Part shown: one piece after another, positions 1-12,832 of the stretch
How the letters are laid out: every line of letters begins with the position of its first letter
Position numbering within the stretch: position 1 is the stretch's first letter
Assembly: GCA_964036045.1 (NCBI GenBank)
Contig: OZ038378.1
Location: 196,850,001-196,914,000, forward strand
DNA: 64,000 nt
Direction of reading: 5' to 3'
Source: Eutreptiella sp. 'Long Island Sound 2002'
Lineage: Eukaryota > Protista > Euglenida
The notes under the pieces: generated by a model
Databases searched by the model: none
What the model saw: the letters and a program-made list of their open reading frames with translations, nothing else
Told to the model about the DNA's origin: nothing
Position numbers and translations under genes: made by a program

Positions 1-988
1 CTGGGCCCTACTGAGCCACGCATTGAGTGCGACCAAGCCCTGATAAGTTCTGGACGTGAGTGGGGCGAGTCCTACTGAGTGGCGCATTGGACAAGGCCGA
101 TTCCTAACGAGATCCGCAGCCCCTGCCAGGCGTTAGTGGCACGGCTGGCTGCGGATTCTTGGACGCGACTGGACGGACGATGCTCGGTCGATGAGGGGGG
201 CTCGGGACGGAGGCTGTTAGGTCCTCGAGGTCTCGGGGTGGATGCGGCCTCCCTCCCTCACAAGATGGACCCCCAAGAAGATGGATTTCAGAACACCCCC
301 CTCGCCAACGAACAGATCGCAGATATGCCGTTCGGGTCCGTTTCCCCGTCTCCGCACAGAGCACCCCCCTGTCCCCAGGGGGCAGCTGGTAGAGGCCTAC
401 CAGAGCCATCCATGACAGGCTGCTGCACGACGGCAGGGCGCATGGGCACGTCGCTACTCGTGCAGGTCAGGTCAGGTATTGCCAGCCACCGCCGTCCGTC
501 AGCCCCGCTATCAAGCGTCCGACGGCCGGGCGTCTGGCCGAAACACACGCACTCAGAGGCCCTGAGAAGGCACCAGCCGGTAGAGAAGGCACCTGCCCCA
601 GACGGCCGCACCCATCGAGAGACACCCGGGAATTCGCAGACTGTCTCTCTGTAGGCCGACGCCAATGGCGCAGCCGTGCTGTGCCTGAGCGCGTTGTCCA
701 CTTGAGGCCTGTTTTCTGACCACGTTTCTACGAGGGGGACCGGTGGGAGGGGGGCAAAGGCTTGATCTGGGGAACTTGGGATGGCAGTGGTACCTCTACC
801 TCATCCGGATCGCACCGTCCCCCGGGGGGAGCGCCCCGGATTGGCTGGTCCCGGGGCTGGGGGGCCCGCTCCGGCCCATCCGACGCAACAGTGCCACTAG
901 TGCAGTCCACTGCCAAGAGGAGACTCGGGCCCGGTCTCGGGTCCCCAAGAGCGAACACCTCCGCGCGCAAACACACACCCCCACACAC

Positions 989-1794
989 CCGATGTTCACT
1001 CGGCCCCCGGTCACAACCGCGGTCTTCCCCCGGAGGTCTGCCGTCTGCCCCTTCTTCTCCGCATTGAGTGCCTCGCAGGCGGCGCACACGCGCGGCCGCT
1101 CCGCCACCGTCGCCGCCGGGTCGATGCGGCCCTGGCACATGTAGCACCGCGGCAGGAACTCGTTGCCGCGCCGGGACACCCACAAGTCCGTGGTCTTCCA
1201 CCGGACGCCCGGCAGCCCGTCCGCCTCGACGTTGAGCCCGAGCAGCACGTCGATCGACGCGTCGGACGCGGACTGCCGCCCGGCGATGTAGCGGTACCGC
1301 CCGGCCACAAGGTCCGTGTCCGAGGGATTCCACAGGCCAAGGCCCTGCGCGTCCACGCGCGCCCGCAGCCGCTCCCGGTTGGCCTCGTGCAGGGCCATGT
1401 ATTGGTCCAGATGACGCCCGGACTGCAGCCGTTTGGAAAACGGGAGCTCCACTTCGCCGTAGCCGAAATCATCGCCGGCGGTGATGCACGCCTCAAGGGC
1501 CGCGATGCGCCGGGCCGTCTCCTCGTCCAGGGTCTCCGGCAGGTCGCAGCGGGGGCTGTGCCGGCACACTTCGAAGAAGACGGTGCCAAAGCCCCGACGG
1601 CGGTACTTGAGGATCCGAGGGCCGGTCGACCACCGGCGGAGCTTTGCAGGCTCCACGAAGTTGTAGCCCGTTTGCAGGGCGCGGAGCGTGCGGGGGAGAC
1701 CCCAGAGCATGCGCCCGTCATAGCCCAGACAGACACAGTCGAGGTCAAAGAAGTTCAGTACTTCATCCATCCGCTGGTACAGGATGACCATGAC
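989..1794 (-). CDS. NTase-Zn-SDR gene, exon 4 (NTase C-part, CxxC-x16-CxxC ribbon, SDR start DLRGKTAVVTGGRVNIG)
   Basis: Acceptor ccgtag|GTC gives RTVQ-VMVILYQRMDEVLNFFDLDCVCLGYDG. Contains R..KY..RGF, CYMC...CAAC and a TGGxxxIG Rossmann motif. Donor GG|GTGTGT (phase 2); the next exon was not found in the window. Confidence 0.88.
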
Positions 1795-2132
1795 CTACGG
1801 GGCACAGGATGCATCATGTGCGAGACGAGGAGGACTGTTTGATGGACACTGGTGCGTGTGCATGGGTGACGGCAGAAAATTTTCAATCCATGCTCAAACT
1901 GTGAGGTACAACTCCTACTTCCTACTGAATGACTGCCGAACCATATGTTCTGAAGTTCCGATGCCCCGCCGGCGGGCTCGCTACTGGCTGGCCCAGAACT
2001 GGGGTGCCAGGGGTCAGAGTCCCTTTCCTCTAGCACGCAACGAGCACGCAACAATGCGACAAGAGGGCTCGGGGTCTGTGCTCCCACCGCCTCCTACATC
2101 CCATATCTGTACCCCCGTACTCCCGTACCCCC

Positions 2133-2260
2133 AGTGCCACCCTAGTGCCACCCTAGTGCCACCCTAGTGCCACCCTAGTGCCACCCTAGTGCCACTCCAG
2201 TGCCACCCTAGTGCCACCCTAGTGCCACTCCAGTGCCACCCTAGTGCCACCCTAGTGCCA
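2133..2260. repeat. 11-bp minisatellite (AGTGCCACCCT)n, about 11 copies
   Basis: Directly visible tandem array with occasional CTCC variants. Confidence 0.95.
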
Positions 2261-3049
2261 GGAGGCAGGGCAGAGAGGACGGGCTCTGTCTCCCTACCTA
2301 TCTACAGGGTGGGGGAAAGCTTTGTCAGGCTCTGACCTCCATAGGCAGGAGGGCGGGTGGCTCCCCAGAGCCTGGGGAGTCCCAGAGCCAGCCCATGCCT
2401 GGAGATCCTGCATGAGAACGAGGGCGAACGGAAGCGAACGGAGAAATGGGAAACAAACGGGGGTGAGTGGCAAACGGAAGGCAACGGATTGACTGGCACC
2501 CGCAGAGGCGAACATACCCGAAAGAAAGGTGACCGGAATTCATCAAGAAGGTGAGCATAAATCACCGAGAGGAGAATGGAAGGAAACGTTTGGGAGACAA
2601 GAGGAGACATATGGAAGCCAAAAGGGCACAAACACATAGACACACGCGTGTACACGCACAGAGAGAGCGGCACGGAATTTTCTTGCAAACAGGCCAAGCG
2701 GTTTTAGCGTAAGCGACCGGTACGGGGACAGTTGTTTCCATAAACCCGCCTCCTCAGCTTTTGCACAAGCTCCAGCGTAGCCCGTGGGCTCCTGCCTCCG
2801 CGCATGCTCCTCGCACAGTGGACTCGCCCATGGGGGCCTTCACCCCTCCAGGGGGCCACCCACCGGGAGGCCAGAGCCTGCTGAGGAATGCTCACGGGGG
2901 AGCACAGCCACACAGTGGCCCAAAACAGCCCCAACCAGCCCGGCCTGGGGGTCTAGGGCAAAGCTTCCCCCCACCTTGCAGATACCCAGGGGGATGGGGT
3001 CAGCCCATCCCCCCTACCCCCTGTGTGACATTTTGTCACGTTGCTATTT

Positions 3050-3450
3050 CTTTACGGGGCCCTGGGCAGTCACCCGTTCTTCCCTTCGCATGCTGCGGCA
3101 GGTTGATGCGTTCTGTCGGCCGCTGTGGCCTGTGTTCCTGCTGGTGTTGTTTTTGCGTTGGCGGAGCCCTGTAGTTGGCATAGTAGTTGGCATACTGGGG
3201 TTGTGATGATTGCTGCGGGGGTCATTTCTTGGCCTTTGCTGCTCACTCCCCTCCGCATTCTGGTCGTCTACCACCTGCTGCGGGCATGTGGTCTGGTGGG
3301 CTTCTTCACGGGGCCCCAGACAGTCACCTGTTCTTCCCTGCGCGTGCTGTGTTGGGTCGTTGTATTCTAACGGCGGCTGCTGCGGTCTTGTTCCTGCTGG
3401 TGTCGTTTCCGCATCAGCGGAGCCCAGTAGTTGGCACACCGACGTAGCAT
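3050..3450. repeat. Imperfect tandem duplication, period about 250 bp
   Basis: gggccctgggcagtcacccgttcttccc (about 3058) recurs as gggccccagacagtcacctgttcttccc (about 3311); ggagccctgtagttggca recurs as ggagcccagtagttggca. Confidence 0.7.
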
Positions 3451-3768
3451 GCGGACTTAAAGAAACAGCACCTATCCCCCACCCCCTGCCACCGCTGTCA
3501 CCCTGTCTGAGTCGTGACACTCTCATGGTAGCGTTTGGGACCCCCCTCCCCCCCAAAACAGCCTTTTCGGTTAGCCCCTATACCCATACCCCACGGCTCA
3601 AGTCAAGCTGCCCACTGAGTAGAAAGAGCCTTCTGCACGACTTCGCAGCCCCGCCCTTGGTAGAGTGGGGCTCTGGCACACCCCTCCGGTAGTACTGGGA
3701 CTGGCATTTTGCATGGGAGTCTGTGACGGGGACAGTGGCCGTCGCAAGTGGTTTTCCGTTGGCACCCG

Positions 3769-4270
3769 TTTGTGTGTGTGTGCCAAGGCATCGATTCTAT
3801 TCAGCTCAAACTACGAGGTTCAACAGGCCTAAATTCCTGCCACCCCTGCAAACCATAAGTCCATTGTCATGCCTGGAGGGGGGCAGCCCTGACGGGCTCG
3901 GGATCTCCATATGTACAGGAGCTGCCAACACACCATGGCTCCTCACCCTCAAAACCCACAACGAGACAACAAGACACACATTGCATGCATGTGTCTGTGC
4001 ATTTCTCTCCGTGTGTGTGTCGCCCAAATGCTCAAACTGCGAGGTTCAACACCTAAGGCCTACTGCTGCGTGCACAGAAACACGGAGATGGGATGCAGGG
4101 TGAGGTCGCCACAGAGACGCGACACAGACACCACCCCCTCTGCATGTTTGCCATTGCCCCTTGACCCAGTTCCCTACAGCCTGTCGACAGGGCACCAAAA
4201 CATCAAAACTCAGGGTTTGGCCGCTTAGCAGTAGGTCTTAGGTGTTGAATCTCCGCGCGCGCGTGTGTGT
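3769..4270 (+). repeat. Dispersed repeat A, copy 1
   Basis: Near-identical to 7989-8458 in the same orientation, apart from small indels. Confidence 0.9.
4041..4253. mobile_element. MITE-like element with about 26-bp TIR (GAGGTTCAACACCTAAGGCCTACTGC); second copy 8242-8439
   Basis: The right end GCAGTAGGTCTTAGGTGTTGAATCTC is the reverse complement of the left end with 2 mismatches. Confidence 0.7.
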
Positions 4271-4507
4271 GTGAAGGTTGAGTCCCGCCTCATCAAGTCC
4301 CTCGGAGCCGTGCAGAATGCCCACCAGTTGCAGGTGACCCTACGCATGATGTGGCACAAGATTTCCGAGTCGCAACGAGTGCAGCTTTTGGAGGAACTAT
4401 AGGACTGGAGTCACACTTGCGTTTGTTCAGCTCCAATTGGGTTGTCTCAGAAGGATCGGCAACTATTTCTGTCCAACACGCGCGACTTGATTTAGAAGGC
4501 CCCTGAG

Positions 4508-5275
4508 TTGGACTGGTATGAGGTGGTGTTGAGTATTTATTCACTGGGACTTTCAGTTCCAGGAGCTGATCGATATCGGGCCCTTCAAGAGCGTCGACGA
4601 CAAGCAGTCCATGAAGAAGGCTCTTGTGGGACATCACAATGGCCCCGTCCACCTCCAGCAAGATGGCCCTTCGATCGCTGGGGTCTCTTCTCGAAAAGCT
4701 CCTTCAAGCCCCGGAGGCATCTCACTCAGCTCCACCAGCGAACAGCTCGTGGTGACTCACCGAGTAAAGCCCCAGTGAAGGCCAAGTCAGCCACGGCCAC
4801 GGCCAAGCCTACGGATTCGTCGCCGGCAACAAAGGCTGTGCAGGGCATTCCAGCGGCGGCGGTGTAGCCCACGATGACTGTGACTCAACAGCCCCTCCTT
4901 CCAAGCGCGAGCGGCTCCGGCGACCCGACTAGCGTCACCCTACGCACGTGTGGGTTGCCGTCAACCGTTTCGTCCGCGGACTACATGGAGGCTGTCCGCG
5001 GCGCATTCGGCGTCACCCCGAGCCCAGCCCTGACCGATTCCCTCCGCCAACGGGGCTTCTTCCACTTTCAGATCCCACAAGACGTGGCAGCGACCGCATT
5101 TACCGCGGCCGACACTGTGGATTTTTGCCACCAAGCAAGATGGTCGCTGCGGGTGCGGTCCAAGGATCGTGACGGCAAGCCGTACCAGTCTTGGGGCAAG
5201 AGGTCGTCCGACGTGCCTAGCGTGTCCGTGGCCAAAGTGCCCAAGGCTGCGGCTCCGACTTCAACCGTGGTGGCA
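4508..5275 (+). pseudogene. Decayed ORF, possibly LINE ORF1/gag-like, truncated by a repeat
   Basis: Track ORFs 4508..4867 and 4874..5314 are in one frame separated by a TAG. A Lys/Ala/Ser/Thr-rich linker is followed by a globular-looking segment. Identity is inferred only. Confidence 0.3.
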
Positions 5276-6175
5276 CCAAATTTTTGCTTCGGCACCAAGA
5301 ACATTGAAGCTTAAAATTTTTCGGCCTGCCTTCGGCGGGGACCATAGGGGACCGTAGGAGGAGGGGGGTCCCAGCCAAACCTCCCTGGCCCGCCTCGGGG
5401 TAGTCAAGGGACACTTTGGCCCCGCCGTGGGATGGAGCAGGGCACATGGCAAGGACCAGCCGGTGTTGCCAGGGCACAGTGGTGCGCCAAAGGCCCATTC
5501 TTGCTGCAGTGCTGCGAGCAGCCTGTGGTGCCAACGTCCGGGGTGCGCACGGCCCACGACCTGCGAGTGTGGCACCGCTGTGCCCGTCATCGCACGGCAC
5601 ACCCGGAGGGGGGCGGTCATGGAGCGCACAGTGCACACCCTGCGCCGCGGTCGGGCTCGTGGCGCCAGGAATCCTTGGCGTCCAAGACTTTGGTAGCTCC
5701 CTCTCAGCGTAGGGCAGGCGTCAATTGGCAAGGCAGGCGGTAGCGCCAGGGGCAGCCAGTGAAGTGGCCTGTCCGGGGCCTGGAAGGGCAGTGGGTGAGG
5801 CAAAGTAGCCTCCACAGCCCTAGTCCCTCTGCTGTGCCGCACTCACAGGGTTGGCCGAGGGAGTTGGGGTGCAGGCTATCCCGGTCCTGTAACCTCGCAG
5901 CTGCCCCCTCTTTGCGCCAACGCTTGGACCCAAAATACGCCCTTTTAAATATGATGGTCTGAGGCACATGCACCACTACGCGTGCACACACACACACACA
6001 CACAGCACAGAAGCCACCCCCTTTTGTTGCATGTTGCGTGTACGACAATCTCAACCTGGTTCCTGACGCCCATCGACGGGGCACAAGAACTCAAGAGCTC
6101 ATGGTTCAGTTGCTTAGTGGTAGGACGTAGTTGTTGAACCTCGCACTTTGAGCATGATTTGAAAGATTTGGGCGT

Positions 6176-6207
<32 letters not shown>

Positions 6208-6214
6208 GGCACGC
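5273..6214 (-). repeat. Repeat B, inverted copy of 8445-9125 with about 255 bp extra (about 5435-5690)
   Basis: Reverse complement matches 8445-9125; track ORFs 5261..5842(-)/8811..9455(+) and 5759..5962(+)/8691..8894(-) are near-identical. Confidence 0.9.
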
Positions 6215-6219
6215 ACACA

Positions 6220-7100
6220 CTCCCCTGTGTGAAGAGCTCCTTTAGGGCTGCAGCCGCATCCGTTGCCATGGGGCCGTCGAGGCACGAGAAATCGTCCAAA
6301 GTGGGTTGCAGGGTGTTGCCATTGGCAGCCACGGCGGCTGATCGCGGTTGCAGAAGTCGCTTCCAGGCTAGCACGACCTCCTGCCCGCTCCCCGCAGGAG
6401 GCTCATGCTCTGGCATTGTGAGCGGCGGGTCGAGCTTCATTTTGGCAGCCAATGGGGGGAGCAGCTTGACCCACGCGGACGGCTTGACAGGGTAATCAAC
6501 AACACATTCATCGTCGGGGGCTAGCTTTAGGACACACAGCGGGCCAGCCCAACTGCCCTAGACCAGTGGACGTACAGCGCATTCCAGAGAAGAAGGACCC
6601 ACATCTTGGGGACCCGATGCATCTTCGGAGGCGTGTGCCCAGAAATGAGACTGAGGAAGTCCTCAGTGGGCAGACTACCCACATACTGGCCAAACTCGAT
6701 GTTTGGAATGCAGTCGGTGACGCCACCGTGGAACAGGACGGCCCCGTCCCCACTCCATGTTTGGGCTTGCGATCGCACCCTTGTCTGCCACCCCGCGTGC
6801 GTGACGATGTGCAGATGCGGCACCATGGACCGGAAGGTGGCAACCGAGACGGCAGGCAGCATGTCACACCAGAGCGGTTGCCACGCGGCACAGCTGCAGG
6901 CAAGAGCCGACAAGTGCGACACGCGACACACGTCCTTGACCGCAGAGTAGAGTTGCACGGAGAAGAGGAGCTCCCCAGTCTCGGAGTCACAGCCAACACC
7001 AAGCAGTGGATAAACATGAGCAGGCTGCACAGCCCGTGCTTGCTCAGCCTGCAACAGCTCAGCGAAATTGGTGAGCGGCATGGAGATGGGACAAATAAAA
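6220..7100 (-). pseudogene. Frameshifted protein-like fragment of unknown identity inside intron 3
   Basis: Protein-like stretches PLTNFAELLQAEQ...LLLWNALY and DYPVKPSAWVKLLPPLAAKMKLD...ALKELF in different frames. Confidence 0.25.
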
Positions 7101-7988
7101 ATAGACACCCAGAAAGACTGCAAAGGCAATGGGGCCCCACCCCTAGATCGGGCCGACAGAACTGCACGCATTGCGGTAGCCCACCCCAGATCGGGCTGCC
7201 GACGTCACAGGCACATTGCGCACACAACTAGAGTGCAAATCACAACTGCCGCGGTGATGCTACAACAACAATGCGTGTTTTAACTCTTTTTGCAAACACT
7301 AAACAATTTTCAGCACAAGCACAAAATTGACATAGCGGCAAGCAAACAGTAATGCCTCCGGGCCGCACAAGCTCACAACACCTGATGCTAGCGCCCTTGG
7401 CCGCAGGTGACTCCCCGTTATTACCCGCTCCTAAAGTTGTACATCCCCTGTGTGCACAGGGACACATTGCGCTAGTGTGACTAAAAACAGGCACACAACT
7501 GCAAGTGTGAAGCTGTATTCAACGGGTGTATGGCCATGCCAGTGACTTGTCCACGACGCCGCTTGACGCACGGCGTGCCCACTGCTTGTCACGTGCACCA
7601 ATACACAAAGACACATTGGCATGTTCCTCACTATCACGTTCTCCGAAGCTAGCGGCGTGCGCGCAAGTGTGCGAGCAGGTATGCAGAAGTGCAAGTGTCA
7701 AAGGAGCCTACCACTGATCTAGCCGACCCCTCGTCTTGCCCCCGCCCCCGTCCCTCTCCCCGTATCCGTCTCTGCTTGAGGCTGTCGGCAGTGCCGGTTG
7801 TGAGGGGGGGGGGTGTCCACCATCGACGGGGCCACCTCCTTGGTGCGTGTTTGCCGATGGGCCTGTTGCAGCCAATCGGGTCCAAATCCTCCTCCATTAG
7901 CCCCTGTCAACATACCGTTCACACGCAATTTGGGTTCACCGGCACGCCGCGTTGAGGCCGAGGAGGGCATTGGACGGTGGGGGATGCA

Positions 7989-9125
7989 TGCGTGTGTGTG
8001 CCAAGGCATCGATTTTATTCAGCTCAAACTACGAGGTTCAACAGGCCTACAAACCATAAGTCCATTGTCATGCCTGGAGGGGGGCAGCCCTGACGGGCTC
8101 GGGATCTCCATATGTACAGGAGCTGCCAACAAACCACGGCTCCTCACCCTCAAAACCCACAACGAGACAACAAAACACACATTGCATGCATGTGTCTGTG
8201 CATTTCTCTGTGTGTGTGTGTCGCCCAAATGCTCAAACTGCGAGGTTCAACACCTAAGGCCTACTGCTGCGTGCACAGAAACACGGAGATGGGATGCAGG
8301 GTGAGGTCGCCACACAGACGCCACCCCCTCTTGCTGCATGTTTGCCATTGCCCCTTGACCCAGTTCCCTACAGCCTGTCGATAGGGCACCAAAACTCATG
8401 GTTTGGCCGCTTAGCAGGGGGTCTTAGGTGTTGAATCTCTGCGTGTGTGTGTGTGTGCGTGACGCCCAAATCTTTCAAATCATGCTCAAAGTGCGAGGTT
8501 CAACAACTACGTCCTACCACTAAGCGACTGAACCATGAGCTCTTGAGTTCTTGTGCCCCGTCGATGGGCGTCAGGAACCAGGTTGAGATTGTCGTACACA
8601 CAACATGCAACAAAAGGGGGTGGCTTCTGTGCTGTGTGTGTGTGTGTGTGTGCGCGCGCGCGCGGGTGCACGCCTAGTTGTGCATGTGCCTCAGAACATC
8701 ATATTTAAAAGGGCGTATTTTGGGTCCATGCGTTGGCGCAAAGAGGGGGCAGCTGCGAGGTTACAGGACCGGGATAGCCTGCACCCCAACTCCCTCGGCC
8801 AACCCTGTGAGTGCGGCACAGCAGAGGGACTAGGGCTGTGGAGGCTACTTTGCCTCACCCACTGCCCTTCCAGGCCCCGGACAGGCCACTTCACTGGCTG
8901 CCCATGGCGCTACCGCCTGCCTTGCCAATTGACGCCTGCCCTACGCTGAGAGGGAGCTGCCAAAGCCATCCCACGGCGGGGCCAAAGTGTCCCTTGACTA
9001 CCCTGAGGCGGGGGAGGGAAGTTTGGCTGGGACCCCCTTCCTGCTACGGTCCCCCTATGGTCCCCGCCAAAGGCGGGCCGAAAAATTATAAGCTTCAATC
9101 TTCTTGGTGCCGAAGCAAAATTTTG
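7989..9125 (+). repeat. Contiguous repeat A+B, copy 2
   Basis: 7989-8458 matches 3769-4270 directly; 8445-9125 matches 5273-6214 inverted. Confidence 0.9.
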
Positions 9126-9409
9126 GCTGTCAGCCTCAAATATTGGAATGGGCCGAGGGGTGGGGGGAGCAAAGGGGGGGGGGTACCTCCCCCTCCTCCT
9201 ATGGTGTGCAGCTGTTCTAATACATCACTACCCTGCCCTGCACCAAGCCCTCTGGTGGGGCATCCCCCCTCTTGCTCTCATACTGATAGGCGGCCAAGCA
9301 CTGGCCATCAAGCCCTTCACCAGGTGCCCACACTCATCTGCACCCGGGCTGAAGGTGTGCGGATCCGGGGGCCCTGGGTGGGTGGTGCAAGGCCCAGTGG
9401 TGCTGCGCC

Positions 9410-9585
9410 TGCAGAGGCGCCGAAGGCGCTGGAGAAAATTTTTGGTCTAAACTAATTGACACCGAAGGCGCCAGAGAAAATTTTTGTTAGGCCCAAGGCC
9501 CAATCTTTTAAGGGGTGGGGGTGGGGGGGGGGTCCAGGGGGGGGGGTGTGGGACCCCCCCCCCCCCACACCCCCACCCCCACACC
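9410..9585 (+). repeat. Dispersed GGCGCCGAAGGCGCC/AGAAAATTTT poly-G element; related copy about 21840-21990
   Basis: Shared gcgccgaaggc(a/g)ccagagaaa(a)ttttt...ggcccaatctttt...ggtccagggggg core at both sites. Confidence 0.75.
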
Positions 9586-9664
9586 CCCAGTGGCGCCGAG
9601 CTGTTAAACGGAGCCCTGGGGTGGAAGTCAAGCAGACGGGGGGGGGGGGTTCGGCAAGGCATAC

Positions 9665-10201
9665 CTGGACAGTGCGGAAAGGCCAGCCGCCCCAGACGCT
9701 GATCGCATTGGCCGACCGCAGCAGTCGTATGTCGGGGGACCAGGATTCTGCCGTCCCGGACGAACCTTGACTTTCTGAATCGGAACCCCCGGAATCGGAG
9801 TCCGACAAGGCAACACGCCCGTGGCGCTGGTGCAGTCGGGTCACGTTTTGCCGGATCCTCTGCACCGTGCGCCGCAGCAGGTCTTTGCCCTCCTCTTCGC
9901 TTTTGCAGCACACGAAAAGGTCAATGTCAGAGCCCGCAAAGCCCCAGCCGACCTTGTCCCCGTCTGAACCCTGTGGCAGCCACACCTCCGCGGCCACTCG
10001 CCGAGCCTGCTCCAGTTTCTCCGGATCACAGGCGAAATCCAGCACCTGCAGCACGATGTCGTTGACAGAGCCCCAGCGGGTGCGCCGCAGCAGCTCGTGG
10101 CACTGCCCCTCCCACGCGGCTATCGCGTACATGGGGGTAAGATTGGGGTGCTGCCAGAGCTGCGCGCAGGCCAGCACGGCACCGCCGGCGGCAAATACCG
10201 C
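9665..10201 (-). CDS. NTase-Zn-SDR gene, exon 3 (AVFAAGGAVLAC...FAGSDIDLF...GGWPFRTVQ)
   Basis: Acceptor ccttctctcttcag|GCG and donor CAG|GTATGC, phase 0, 179 codons. Contains AGG and GS-DxD nucleotidyltransferase motifs. Confidence 0.88.
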
Positions 10202-11810
10202 CTGAAGAGAGAAGGATGGGTGTGGGGGTGAGGACAGGGATGGGCAGTTGGGGACGGGGAGGACTGCGACGCCCCGTCTTCTGCAGGCTATTGCTTAGTG
10301 AATCCTTGGGGGGGGGGGGGGGGGGGGCTGTTGTTTGGGACCCTGGCCAGCCCTGGCCAACCAACCCTCCCTCCCACATCAGAAAATTTTCCTCCGGCAA
10401 AAAATGAAATCTATTAAAGGGGCCGAAAATTTGAGGCCGATTTGGGTACACAAACTTGATATTTGGCCTCTGACCCACCCACCCAGCCCCCCCCGGGGGT
10501 AGGGTGTCCGCCACACTCAGCAATGGCCTGGTCTTCTGGTGTGTGAATGCTGCCAGGATCAGTCGTGACATCATGTGTCGGGCTGGCCACAGAGAGATGA
10601 ATGAGGGTGGAGGGAGCAGCTACACGACTGCTGCCTTCTCGGGGTTCCCAAAAGGGGGACGCAATAATGTGACTGTCCCGGGGTCAACCGTGTTCGGGTG
10701 GGCATTGGCGGCGTCTGACATGCCGCATCGGAGCCCGCCAGTACAGGGTCGAGGGCAGTAGAGGACACGAAGCAAAATGTTCAGGCATGGCGGTTTCCCG
10801 CCCAAGAGCCTGACAAAAGCGGCCTAACCAAGGGCAAAGCGTGCTTGGCAAGCCGAAGTTCAACTGGAGGACAGCCGCACTAAATACAACAGGTCAGGGC
10901 GCAAGGCGCTTCCTGACGGAACCAGAGGCCTCACCTGAAGTTGCTGAAAAAAGTCAGCCCAGTGTGCTGAGCACAACCTTGATGACTGAGAGAGTGGAGA
11001 GACTCAGCTTTGGATGTCAGGACATGAAGCAAAATGCCTGGAAACACCCCAAGTGCCCGACACCCGTAATATCAACACACCCCCATTGAAAAAAGGATTC
11101 ACAAAAGAAGAATTCACAGCAAATGCATGTTGGCCTATGCCCCCGCCCCTCTGGACTTCCTCCTCCTCGTTGAGGGGTCCAGAACGGCAGAATTTGCGCC
11201 CAGCGCGGTGCGTCCTTTGCCCCATTTGGCCGTGCTCCGTGGCTTGCCACACCACAACCCCGCCCATTGTCTTGCCTGGGAGCGTGCTCCCGCAATGCCC
11301 TGTCTGGCCCCGCTCCCCTCGACCGCTGCACGAGCCAACACTTGTTGCCGGCGCTGACATTGCCACTGCCCCCAAAATCCATGGGGGCTGGGATCCCAGG
11401 ACTTCTGGGTCCTCCGTCACGCTGTGTGCAACCCCAGGCAGCCCTTTGGCCCACGGAGGCGCGTCTGTATGGGAAACCCCCCTGCCAACATGGCGGCCAT
11501 CGCTCCAGTAGATGGCATGATCATGGGCATATCCCATCCTGTCTTGTCCTGTGGCATGATGTGGATCGGAATGGGTGTAGCAGGGGGGGGGGGGAGAAGA
11601 AGGGCTGCGGGGGGCGGGGGTCGTTCGAGCCCCTTCTCCAGATCCCCGCCCCTCGGGGGGGCATGGCTCCCGTGACCAAAACAGGCCCCGGAGGGGGTCC
11701 CCGGGGCGGTCCTGAGGTACCCCAACATATGTAACGATCCCCACCCTGCGCTGATCAGTCTGAGGCATGAATCCTGGAGGGGGGGGGGGGGGGGCATTCT
11801 TCAGAAAAGT

Positions 11811-11978
11811 TGGAGGGGGGGGGGGGCTCCCTCCCAAAACTCTGGCCCTGACTCTGGCCCAGAGGCATTCCCATACCCCGACACCAGCCCCAACCGCATT
11901 TCCAACCGCCAGTAACCGCACCGCAACCGCCATTCAAGTCCCCTGTAACCGCTCCGTAGCTGCACCGGCATTGCCCCC
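11811..11978 (+). repeat. About 168-bp dispersed element, copy in intron 2
   Basis: Nearly identical to 12662-12832. Confidence 0.92.
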
Positions 11979-12277
11979 AGTTCAGGCCGGGCCGCTTCAC
12001 GGCCGAGTTTCTGAGCCATTACTGGCACTTGGACTGCCCTTTAGTAAAGGCTCTGTCACGTGAGCCCCTTTCCGAACCCGTAACGTAAGGGGGCTCGAAC
12101 GACATCCCCCCCGGCAAACCTTTTTCTCGCCTCCCCGGACCAGCACATTGCATTTCCACAGAATCCGTGGCCGTGCTCTGCACTGCAATGGCCCCCTCCG
12201 GCAGTGCGGCGTGGGAATGACAGCAAAGGCAAATCCAGACGGACCAACGCGGACGGAATTCCGGAGGAGGCCCAGAC

Positions 12278-12643
12278 CTGGTCTGGCTGCGTCGCGAGGC
12301 CGAACACCCCCTTCAGCGCGTTGCCTGTGAATTCACGGAAGAAGAACTCAAACCCCCGCAAGTGCGGCATCAGCGAGGAGGCCCCGCTGCCGCAGGGCAT
12401 GCGGGTGGTGAGCGCGGGTCCCGGGTCCCGCAGCGCTTTGATCCGCGGGTGCGCCCCCTCTTCGGCCGACAACGGCCGCTGTGCGACAAAGGCCTCGTGC
12501 AGCGCCCCGTCCGGGGCGTAGAAGGGCTGCAGATTGGGGGCGGGGGGCGGCAGCCCGTTCATGAACGCACAGCGCAGCGCCCAGTCCTCTCGTAGAAGCG
12601 CGGTGTTCAGCACATCCCGCGTCAACAGCGGGTGCCACGGCTC
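12278..12643 (-). CDS. NTase-Zn-SDR gene, exon 2 (EPWHPLL...FREFTGNALKGVFGLATQPDQ)
   Basis: Acceptor ctcgcag|GAG and donor CAG|GTCTGG, both phase 0, 122 codons. The F..FT...LKG segment precedes the AGG motif as in NTase-like domains of fungal and giant-virus ankyrin proteins. Confidence 0.8.
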
Positions 12644-12661
12644 CTGCGAGCAGAGAATCGC

Positions 12662-12832
12662 TGGAGGGGGGGGGGGGGGCCTCCCTCCCAAAACTCTGGC
12701 CCTGACTCTGGCCCAGAGGCATTCCCATACCCCGACACCAGCCCCAACCGCATTTCCAACCGCCAGTAACCGCACCGCAACCGCCATTCAAGTCCCCTGT
12801 AACCGCTCCGTAGCTGCACCGGCATTGCCCCC
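12662..12832 (+). repeat. About 168-bp dispersed element forming most of intron 1
   Basis: Nearly identical to 11811-11978; AATCGC occurs on both sides (possible target-site duplication). Confidence 0.92.

Noticed and set aside
1-720. LTR or retroelement end at the window start
   Set aside because: No terminal repeat partner, primer-binding site or coding motif is visible within the window.
830-895. WTALVALLRRMG as the continuation of the SDR after exon 4
   Set aside because: With the phase-2 donor at 989, the nearby AG acceptor gives a stop after three codons, so it cannot be joined canonically.
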